This document shows positions 56,509 to 64,000 of a stretch of DNA of 64,000 nucleotides, piece by piece. The translations under genes were made by a program, and so were the position numbers. This DNA comes from a virus, in IMG/VR virus record IMGVR_UViG_3300032229_000533, positions 32,001 to 96,000 of that record; one strand, given 5' to 3'. The notes under the pieces were generated by a model. It was given only the letters and a program-made list of their open reading frames with translations. It did not search any database and was not told the origin of the DNA. The first letter of the stretch is position 1. Each line of letters begins with the position of its first letter.

Positions 56509-57131
56509 TGATAGACTTAGGAAATCTTGGTCATTTTGACCCAAAAGTTAGAGAAGAGATTGAGAAACAATTTAAAAAAATTCAATCTGAAATGGGTATT
56601 GAGCCCGATGATGAATATCAAAAAGAATTAGAAGACATGTTAGGTATTTCATTTGAAGAAATGGAAGCCGAAATTAACAATGTTGCCAAATTAAGAACAC
56701 TTAAAGTTGAGTTAACTCATGAAAACGCGGTTCTTCCAAAATACGCATACCCTTCTGATTCAGGATTTGATTTACACGCAACTGAAGAAGTTATTATTGG
56801 TCCATTTGGTAGAGCGTTAGTCCCAACAGGATTAAAGGTTTCTTTTGAAGAAGGATATGAAATACAAGTTAGACCTAAAAGTGGGTTGGCTATTAAACAA
56901 GGACTAACTGTTCTTAACACACCAGGAACTGTAGACCAAGGATATACAGGTGAAATACAAGTAATTGTTTTTAACACTAATAACACGACCGTAACTATTC
57001 CAAAAGGAATGAAAGTTGGTCAGGCAGTTTTATGCCCCGTAGTACAAGGTAAATTTGTTATGATTGAAACCGTTAAAAAGGTTGAAGATAAAGATAGAGG
57101 AAATAATGGTTTTGGAAGTACAGGAATATAA
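56508..57131 (+). CDS. dut: Trimeric dUTPase with acidic N-terminal extension
   Basis: SGFDL, RPKSGLA, NTPGTVDQGYTGEI, GQAV and RGNNGFGSTG. Confidence 0.92.
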   Translation: MIDLGNLGHFDPKVREEIEKQFKKIQSEMGIEPDDEYQKELEDMLGISFEEMEAEINNVAKLRTLKVELTHENAVLPKYAYPSDSGFDLHATEEVIIGPFGRALVPTGLKVSFEEGYEIQVRPKSGLAIKQGLTVLNTPGTVDQGYTGEIQVIVFNTNNTTVTIPKGMKVGQAVLCPVVQGKFVMIETVKKVEDKDRGNNGFGSTGI

Positions 57132-57517
57132 TGGAAAATAGTATTAGTCCCTCATTACCTGATGGTGTCAAAAATTATTTAATTGACATTGACGGAACAA
57201 TTACTGATGACATTCCAAATGAAGAGCCATGGAGAATGGAAACATCATTACCATATGATGGTTCTGTTGAAATGATTAACTCTTGGTTTGATGATGGTCA
57301 TATCATTACTTTCTTTACATCAAGAACATATGAACACGAAATAGTTACTAAACAATGGTTAGATAAACATGGTTTTAAATACCATAACATCTTATTTAAC
57401 AAACCTCGTGGTGGTAATTACCATTGGATTGATAATCACATTGTAAGAGCAACACGTTACGATGGAAGATGGAGTGAATTAATTAAAAAAGAACATAAAA
57501 TAGAAGTTTTTAAATGA
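57131..57517 (+). CDS. Small HAD-IIIC phosphatase
   Basis: YLIDIDGTITDD, FFTSR, KPRGG and WIDN. Confidence 0.75.
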   Translation: MENSISPSLPDGVKNYLIDIDGTITDDIPNEEPWRMETSLPYDGSVEMINSWFDDGHIITFFTSRTYEHEIVTKQWLDKHGFKYHNILFNKPRGGNYHWIDNHIVRATRYDGRWSELIKKEHKIEVFK

Positions 57518-59139
57518 TAACAATAGGATACTCTACAAGAGAACATAACCCAAAATTTATTGAATACTTGAAAAAAAGTTCAGGGAACAAAAAAATTGAG
57601 GTGATTGAAAAAATTAATAATGGGGATAAATCCCTTTCTCAAGTTTATAACGAGATACTTGACGAAGCAAAAACTGACATAGTTGTATTGTGTCATGACG
57701 ACATTTACTTTGACACTAATAGTTGGTACTACAAATTGAAGACTCACTTTGAAAGTAGTGAGTATGGTATTTTAGGTGTTGCAGGAACAACTGAAATGCC
57801 CGCTTCAGGTCAATGGTGGGAAACACGAAGAAAAATGATTGGTATTGTAAACCATGAAAGTGGTGGAAAAAAATGGACTTCAAAGTACTCTGAAGATTTG
57901 GGTAAATCAATCAGAGAAACAGTAATTGTTGACGGTCTTTTCATTGCATTAAGTAAATCAAGAATTAAACATAATTTTGATGAAGAGTTTAAAGGGTTCC
58001 ATTTCTATGACATTGGGTTTTGTTTTAAAAATCAAATAGAAGGTGTTAAGGTTGGAGTGATTTCAAACATTAGAATTACACATAAATCTATCGGACAAAC
58101 TAATCAACAATGGGAGGAAAATAAAAATTTATTTGCTCAAAAATATAGTGACATTTTACCCGTTAAAATTCCATTTGACCCAAATAAAAAACTAAAAGTT
58201 TTATTGTCTTGTATTTCATTTAGAAACTTTACGGGTTCAGAATTGTATGTTTTTGAATTAGCAAAAAGTTTAATCAAATTAAACTGTAGTGTTACCGTAT
58301 TATCACAAATTGGTGGTCCAGTAACCGATATGGCAAAGAAACTTGGTATTAAATGTGTTTCATTTGAAAATGCACCAGGATTTAAACTTGGGGATGGTCA
58401 GTGGGGTATTAACACACCTGAAGGATTTAAACCATCAACCCCAAATGCATTATATAGGGTTTCAGATGTAGATTATGACATCATTCATTTCCAACACAAA
58501 CCTGTTGCCGAAAGAATACTTAATATGTATCCTGAATTACCTAAGATAAGTGCGATTCACTCAGAAGTCATTTCACTAGAAGACCCTGTTGTTGACCCAA
58601 CAATTAAAAAGTACATTGCAATTCGTCCTGAAATTAAGGAACATATGGTTAACAATTTTGACATACCTGAAGAAATGATTGAGGTTATTTACAATCCTGT
58701 TGATAATGAAAAGTTCCAATCTAAAAAAGTATCTGAAGAAAATTATGTTTTGTTTGTTGGTACCATAGATTATTTAAGAAAAGAGACAATCTTAGATTTA
58801 ATTGAATATACAAGAGAACTTGGAAAAGAACTTTGGTTAGTTGGTGAAAACAATGGAAATTATTTAGAAAATGTTCTGTTAGAAGACCACGTTAAACATT
58901 TCCCTTCGACTTGGAAAATTGAAGACTTCATTTTAAAGTCGTACGAAACTGCAGGAATCCAATTAGGTAGAACAACCATTGAAAGTTGGATGTGTGGAAA
59001 ATCAAGTTGGATTTATAAAGTGGATAAGGGCGGATTTATTTTATCAAAAGAAAAATTTGACCCACCATCAGATATTGAAAAATATCACACTTTAAAAGTC
59101 GCCCAACAAATAAAAGATGAATACTTAAAACTATTATAA
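57514..59139 (+). CDS. Two-domain glycosyltransferase (GT2-like + GT-B)
   Basis: N-half YNEIL...VVLCHDDI...VDGLFIA...FHFYDI. C-half FTGSELYVFELAKSL...VIYNPVD...GRTTIESWMCGK. Confidence 0.8.
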   Translation: MITIGYSTREHNPKFIEYLKKSSGNKKIEVIEKINNGDKSLSQVYNEILDEAKTDIVVLCHDDIYFDTNSWYYKLKTHFESSEYGILGVAGTTEMPASGQWWETRRKMIGIVNHESGGKKWTSKYSEDLGKSIRETVIVDGLFIALSKSRIKHNFDEEFKGFHFYDIGFCFKNQIEGVKVGVISNIRITHKSIGQTNQQWEENKNLFAQKYSDILPVKIPFDPNKKLKVLLSCISFRNFTGSELYVFELAKSLIKLNCSVTVLSQIGGPVTDMAKKLGIKCVSFENAPGFKLGDGQWGINTPEGFKPSTPNALYRVSDVDYDIIHFQHKPVAERILNMYPELPKISAIHSEVISLEDPVVDPTIKKYIAIRPEIKEHMVNNFDIPEEMIEVIYNPVDNEKFQSKKVSEENYVLFVGTIDYLRKETILDLIEYTRELGKELWLVGENNGNYLENVLLEDHVKHFPSTWKIEDFILKSYETAGIQLGRTTIESWMCGKSSWIYKVDKGGFILSKEKFDPPSDIEKYHTLKVAQQIKDEYLKLL

Positions 59140-59918
59140 TGAATAGAATAATTGACTATAAAAATTTATCCGAAGAAATACAAAATTGGATAATAAATTA
59201 TGTTAATGAATATAATATTAAAACGTTAGTCATTGGCGTTTCAGGCGGCATTGACTCTGCGGTTGTATCTACACTATGTGCTAAAACAGGTATACCGACA
59301 ATTGCGGTTGGGATGCCGTTAAATTCAAAACCTGAAAATACAAGGTTATCAAACTTACAATTAGATTTTTTATCTAAGTTAAATGTAAAAACTTTTGAGT
59401 ATGATTTAACTAAAACTTTTAATTCGTTTGAGACTTTAATGTCGGAATTTTTTAACTCTGATTTATCAAGCGCTAATAGTAAATCAAGAATGAGGATGAT
59501 GACTTTGTATCACATTGCAACAACGGTAAAAGGTATTGTTGTTGGTACAGGAAATAAAGTTGAAGACTTTGGCGTTGGGTTTTATACAAAATATGGTGAT
59601 GGAGGTGTTGATATATCTCCAATTGCCGACCTATATAAAACAGAAGTCAGAGAACTTGGTCGTTACTTAGGGGTACCACAAGAAATTATTAATGCGACCC
59701 CAACCGATGGTTTATGGGATGATGACAGAAACGATGAAGAACAAATCGGTGCGACATATGAAGAATTAGAATGGGTTATGGAATATGGAATTAATAAACA
59801 AGCGTACACAGAAAAAGAATTTAGAGTTTTAGAAATTTATCAAAACTTTAATGAAAAGAATAAACACAAGATGGTACCAATACCAATTTTTGATTTAAAA
59901 GAAAACGAAATTATATGA
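59139..59918 (+). CDS. nadE: NH3-dependent NAD+ synthetase
   Basis: GVSGGIDSA, NSKSRMRM, VVGTGNKVE, GFYTKYGDGG, PIADLYKTEV, PTDGLW and DEEQIGATYEELE. No glutaminase domain. Confidence 0.92.
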   Translation: MNRIIDYKNLSEEIQNWIINYVNEYNIKTLVIGVSGGIDSAVVSTLCAKTGIPTIAVGMPLNSKPENTRLSNLQLDFLSKLNVKTFEYDLTKTFNSFETLMSEFFNSDLSSANSKSRMRMMTLYHIATTVKGIVVGTGNKVEDFGVGFYTKYGDGGVDISPIADLYKTEVRELGRYLGVPQEIINATPTDGLWDDDRNDEEQIGATYEELEWVMEYGINKQAYTEKEFRVLEIYQNFNEKNKHKMVPIPIFDLKENEII

Positions 59919-61072
59919 AAATAGGAATTATCGGAGCAGGTAGATTAGGATTAACTTTTGCTCTATTATGTGAAAAAAATGGATACGATGTTATTGTATC
60001 GGATGTTAGAGAAGATTATGTCTTTAACCTAAACAAAAGAATTTGTAATACAAATGAACCATTAATTCAATCAATGTTATTGGATGCTAAAAATTTTAGT
60101 GCAACCACCAACAATATTGAAATTATTAAAAACTCTGATGTTATTTTTACATTTGTTGCAACACCATCAACATTGGATGGTAATTACGACACTGCAAGAG
60201 TATTTGAAGTTGTTGCTGATTTTTATAGTGCATCATCATTAAACATTCCATTGTATGATAAAAAATTCATTGTTGGTTGTACTACAAATCCTGGTGACGT
60301 AGAACAAGTTCAAACAAGATTAAACATGTTTAACATTCAAGTGGCGTATAACCCAGAATTTATTGCTCAAGGTGAAATTGTAAAAGGTCTTGAACAATCA
60401 GACATTGTTTTAATAGGTACTGAATATACTGAATTGGCAAATGATTTAATTGGAATTTACAATAAAATTCAGACTACTCCAGTGAATGCTTATGTTATGT
60501 CGCCAAAAGCTGCTGAGATAACTAAAATAGGTATCAATTGTTTCTTAACAACAAAAATTAGTTATGCAAACATGATGGGGGAAATAATGATTAAGGCTGG
60601 CATACAAGATGAAATTGATATGGTATTAGGAGCAATTGGGGGAGACTCAAGAGTTGGTAAAAAATATTTGAAATATGGTTTTGGTTTTGGAGGTCCTTGT
60701 CTACCAAGAGATAATAGAGCTTTAGGTCATTTTGCTAATAATCTTGGTATGGAATTAAACTTACCATTAACGGTAGATAACTTTAATAAAGAACACGCAA
60801 ACTTTGTTAAAAACTATTTTATGGAGAAAAACCCTGATAGGTCGGTTCCATTTGTTATGGAATATATCACATATAAAAAAGGTACTGATATATTGGAAGA
60901 ATCACAGCAATTCCAATTGTGTGTTGATTTATTAAATGAAGGTTATACTTTACATGTAATTGAAATTGATGCAATCACAAATAAATTACAACAAATGAGT
61001 GAATCATACAACAACAGATTAAAATTCTTTAGACCAGGAACTAAACCAGAAGGATATAAAATTACATTATAA
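59915..61072 (+). CDS. UDP-glucose/GDP-mannose-family nucleotide-sugar dehydrogenase
   Basis: IGIIGAGRLG, FVATP, YNPEFIAQG, AEITK...NCFLTTKISYAN and GFGGPCLPRD (catalytic Cys). Confidence 0.9.
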   Translation: MKIGIIGAGRLGLTFALLCEKNGYDVIVSDVREDYVFNLNKRICNTNEPLIQSMLLDAKNFSATTNNIEIIKNSDVIFTFVATPSTLDGNYDTARVFEVVADFYSASSLNIPLYDKKFIVGCTTNPGDVEQVQTRLNMFNIQVAYNPEFIAQGEIVKGLEQSDIVLIGTEYTELANDLIGIYNKIQTTPVNAYVMSPKAAEITKIGINCFLTTKISYANMMGEIMIKAGIQDEIDMVLGAIGGDSRVGKKYLKYGFGFGGPCLPRDNRALGHFANNLGMELNLPLTVDNFNKEHANFVKNYFMEKNPDRSVPFVMEYITYKKGTDILEESQQFQLCVDLLNEGYTLHVIEIDAITNKLQQMSESYNNRLKFFRPGTKPEGYKITL

Positions 61073-61798
61073 ATGATTAAAATAGTTAGTTGTTTTTGGA
61101 ACGCAGAGAAATATATTGAGAATTGTATTAGAACACTTAAAAATCAAAAAAGTATAGATTTTCAAGTGTATTTAATTGATGACATGTCAACAGATAATTC
61201 CGTAAGTGTTGTAAAAGAATTAATTGGTAATGATTCAAGATTTAAATTAATTGTTAACACAGAAAAAAAATTTAAATTAAAAAACTTAGATGACCTAATC
61301 AGTACATTTGATGATGAGGATATTGTGGTGGAATTAGATGGTGACGATTTTTTACTTGGTGATGATGTTATTACCGAAATAAAACAAATGTATAGTAATA
61401 AAAATGTTTGGTTAACAAACGGTTCTTTTATGTATACAAACGGTAATAACGGATTTTCATCAAAGGCTGACTGCAAAAACATAAGAACTTCAGTATTCAC
61501 ATTTTCGCATTTGAGAACGTGGAAATCTTTTCTATGGAAATCAATCCCAAAAGAATATTTTATGGATTTAAATGGTCAATATTTTAAATCCGCATCTGAC
61601 GTTGCGTATTCAATACCTCTTTTAGAATTGTCAGGTGAAGAACACTATAGATTTAATCCAAAAATATTATATGTTTATAATGGAGACTCACCATATAATG
61701 ACCATAAAGAAGGAAGCGCAACAGGTGGTTTATCCGAACAATCTAGAAGTGCTAACATTATACGAAACAAACCAAAATTAAATAAATTAATTAGATAA
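61073..61798 (+). CDS. GT2 glycosyltransferase
   Basis: WNAEKYIENCI...LIDDMSTD...VELDGDDFL...HLRT. Confidence 0.88.
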   Translation: MIKIVSCFWNAEKYIENCIRTLKNQKSIDFQVYLIDDMSTDNSVSVVKELIGNDSRFKLIVNTEKKFKLKNLDDLISTFDDEDIVVELDGDDFLLGDDVITEIKQMYSNKNVWLTNGSFMYTNGNNGFSSKADCKNIRTSVFTFSHLRTWKSFLWKSIPKEYFMDLNGQYFKSASDVAYSIPLLELSGEEHYRFNPKILYVYNGDSPYNDHKEGSATGGLSEQSRSANIIRNKPKLNKLIR

Positions 61799-61803
61799 AA
61801 AAT

Positions 61804-62646
61804 ATGAAAGGATTAACTAGTTTAGAAATTTTACATCATCATAATGGTAGGTTTGGAAACCAATTATTTAGAATTGGTACTATCATTGGTGAGTCATTAA
61901 AAAGAAATGTTGAGTATTACATACCGAGTGAATGGGAACACTCTAATAAATTCCCAAATTTAAAAAATGTTATTTCAGTTAATGAAATTAGACCAAAAAT
62001 AACATCTAACCACAGAGAATCAAAATTTGGATATCATAATATACCTGACACTCAAGGAATATTGGAAATTACGGGATATTTTCAATCTTGGAAATTTTTT
62101 GAAGAATTTGAAAATGAAGTTAGAAATTCTTTATCGTTTTCAGACGAGTTAATTGAAAAAGCGGCATCAAGAATGTCTAAAGACACTATTAAACTTTGTC
62201 TCCATGTTAGATGGGGGGACATTTATGATAGAAAAACAAATGGTGGACACAAAGGGGTTGAAAATTTTCATCCTGTAATGACCCTTCAATATTATGAAAA
62301 TGCCCTAAATCTTATATTAAGTGAAACTAAAATTGATGAGATTTTGGTTTTTACCGATAATGTAGACACAAAAGAATTTATTGAAGGCAAATTTGAAAAA
62401 TTTGGTGTTAAAGTTATTTATTTTGACTATAGTGACGATTTTATTAATGACTTTATTTGTCAAAGTCTTTGTGACCATTTTATAATTGCAAATAGTACTT
62501 TTTCATGGTGGGCATCATTTCTAAGTAAAAATGAAAACAAAATTGTTTGTTGTCCAAAAGAAGAAGATTGGTTTGGACCATCTTATCGTAATTTGGATAG
62601 AAGCACTCTATTGCCTTTAAATTGGAAAAGAATATCTCAAAATTAA
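61804..62646 (+). CDS. GT11 alpha-1,2-fucosyltransferase-like
   Basis: GRFGNQLF, GYFQSWKFF, CLHVRWGD, YYENAL, VFTDN and CDHFIIANSTFSWWASFL. Confidence 0.88.
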   Translation: MKGLTSLEILHHHNGRFGNQLFRIGTIIGESLKRNVEYYIPSEWEHSNKFPNLKNVISVNEIRPKITSNHRESKFGYHNIPDTQGILEITGYFQSWKFFEEFENEVRNSLSFSDELIEKAASRMSKDTIKLCLHVRWGDIYDRKTNGGHKGVENFHPVMTLQYYENALNLILSETKIDEILVFTDNVDTKEFIEGKFEKFGVKVIYFDYSDDFINDFICQSLCDHFIIANSTFSWWASFLSKNENKIVCCPKEEDWFGPSYRNLDRSTLLPLNWKRISQN

Positions 62647-62647
62647 T

Positions 62648-63379
62648 ATGAATAAAATTTTACTTGAAAACATTGATTTTAAATGTATCAGTTTACTTAA
62701 AAGAACTGATAGAAGAGAATGGGTTGATTCACATTTAAAAACATTTAACATCCCTTTTGAATATTTTGACGCACTGTCATCAAACGATAATCGTACCAAT
62801 ATTAAATTTTTACAAGGTATTAAATCAGGTAATATTGGTTGTACATTATCTCACTATAATTTAATTAAAAATTATGAAGGGGAAAAAATACTCGGTATTT
62901 TTGAAGATGATGTATTACTATGTGAAGATTTTAATGAAAGATTCTCATATATAGAAAATAATTTTAATCTTGATTGGGATATATTTTTCTTATCTTCTTT
63001 CTACCATTTAAATGACGATAAAAATAGATGGAACCAAACAGGTGATTTTGAGTTCACCGATATTAAATACATTCATAGAGTTTATGGGTCATTCTGTACT
63101 CATTCATATTTGGTAAATCCAAAGTCTAAAGATAAAATCATTAAATTAATGGAGGAAAATTTTAATAGGTCTTATGCAATAGACCATCTGTATATTTTAA
63201 TCCAACCTAAACTTAATTGCTTTTCATTTACACCAGGATTAGCAAATCAAATTGTTAGTAGCAGTGACATTGATGGTGTAGTTAAAAACCAAAATTCTTT
63301 TGAACAAACAGTTGGACCACATTATTTTGTAAATAACTTAAAAGATTTTGATTATGACAAATACTTTAAATTAAAATAA
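62648..63379 (+). CDS. GT25 glycosyltransferase
   Basis: CISLLKRTDRR, FDA, GNIGCTLSH, IFEDDV, CTHSYLV and AIDH. Confidence 0.85.
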   Translation: MNKILLENIDFKCISLLKRTDRREWVDSHLKTFNIPFEYFDALSSNDNRTNIKFLQGIKSGNIGCTLSHYNLIKNYEGEKILGIFEDDVLLCEDFNERFSYIENNFNLDWDIFFLSSFYHLNDDKNRWNQTGDFEFTDIKYIHRVYGSFCTHSYLVNPKSKDKIIKLMEENFNRSYAIDHLYILIQPKLNCFSFTPGLANQIVSSSDIDGVVKNQNSFEQTVGPHYFVNNLKDFDYDKYFKLK

Positions 63380-63380
63380 T

Positions 63381-63998
63381 ATGAATAATATTTCAAACCA
63401 AATAAAAAAATACATTTTAAAAGTAGAATCTGCAACCTACATAATTAACAATTATGATTATTTTACATCACAGTATAACCTACCTAGTGATAAAGAAATT
63501 AATCTTCCCGATGACTATAGAGTTTTATTAAATTTAACCAAAAAAGTATCTAAAGATAAGTCAATTATTGATATCGGAGGTAATTGCGGTTTATATTGTA
63601 TACCAGTTGCAAAAGAGGGGTACCAAGTTTTTACATTTGAACCAATTAACATGAATGTAGAGTTATTAAAATTAAATAAAGTTATAAATAATTGTGATAA
63701 TCTTACAATAATACAAAAGGCATTATCAAATAATAACAATAAAAAGAAAATTTTTATACCATATTGTTCTGATAACACATCATTTAATTTGTCTGTTGCA
63801 ATTAGTAATATGAAGATTAAAGATTATGTTGAAGAGGTTGTTAGTTGTCAAACATTTGATAGTTGGATTAATAAAAATAAAGATGTTAATGTTGGATTTA
63901 TAAAAATTGATGTTCAGGGATATGAAAAAGAAGTTTTAGAGGGGATGCAAAAATTTCTTAATAAATGTAATGATGTTTATATATTCATTGAATGGGAT
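63381..63998 (+). CDS. FkbM-family methyltransferase (runs off the window; absent from the ORF track)
   Basis: Manual translation from ATG 63381: MNNISNQ...IIDIGGNCGLY...VFTFEP...QKALS...FIKIDVQGYEKEVLEGM...IFIEWD. The frame is open to the window end. Confidence 0.85.
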   Translation, partial: MNNISNQIKKYILKVESATYIINNYDYFTSQYNLPSDKEINLPDDYRVLLNLTKKVSKDKSIIDIGGNCGLYCIPVAKEGYQVFTFEPINMNVELLKLNKVINNCDNLTIIQKALSNNNNKKKIFIPYCSDNTSFNLSVAISNMKIKDYVEEVVSCQTFDSWINKNKDVNVGFIKIDVQGYEKEVLEGMQKFLNKCNDVYIFIEWD

Positions 63999-64000
63999 GA

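Noticed and set aside
619-63778. Short overlapping or antisense ORFs in the track (e.g. 619, 1268, 1320, 2773, 3962, 16855, 43316, 43359, 46977, 53560, 63515)
   Set aside because: They lie within or opposite well-supported genes and read as shadow frames of repeats or biased codons.
32718-64000. Host chromosomal capsule/LPS locus (prophage edge or chimeric contig)
   Set aside because: There are no Wzx/Wzy/transport genes, the GT blocks are interleaved with phage late genes, dUTPase and exonuclease, and composition looks uniform. Chimerism cannot be fully excluded without read mapping.
1-64000. Stop-codon reassignment as in some jumbo phages
   Set aside because: Very long ORFs (2548, 1674 and 1073 aa) and dense gene packing are obtained with the standard code.
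1-64000. tRNA, rRNA or other structured RNA genes
   Set aside because: Intergenic gaps are short and are explained by promoters and terminators. No cloverleaf or T-loop signature was recognised by eye; tRNAscan or Infernal would be needed to exclude them formally.

Overview
This AT-rich window comes from a large lytic T4-like myovirus (jumbo-phage-like gene sizes) read in the standard genetic code. The host is probably a Bacteroidota: TTTG-N19/20-TAnnTTTG promoters precede replication genes and I saw no clear Shine-Dalgarno sites in the leaders examined. Positions 1-29.5 kb hold a gp32-like SSB (partial), giant baseplate proteins, tape measure, tail chaperone, tube, sheath, tail terminator and neck genes, interleaved with an SNF2 helicase, a HAD enzyme and an SOD fusion. 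A family B DNA polymerase follows. Positions 32.7-64 kb hold two glycan-biosynthesis clusters with about 11 glycosyltransferase genes, 2 methyltransferases, sugar-nucleotide enzymes, NadE and dUTPase. These clusters flank a block of late-promoter genes encoding mucin-like Thr-Pro stalk proteins tipped with LRR, LamG or Cys-bracketed domains. The main candidate novel system is phage-encoded mucin-type O-glycosylation: a GT60-family polypeptide GlcNAc-transferase sits directly beside its plausible Thr-Pro substrates. Other highlights are a probable +1 frameshift in the tail chaperone, an SOD-PD-(D/E)XK fusion with prohead-protease-like L/I-x-E linkers, and a TATTTAT late promoter that may give leaderless mRNAs. 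All product calls come from motif recognition by eye; no database searches were run.
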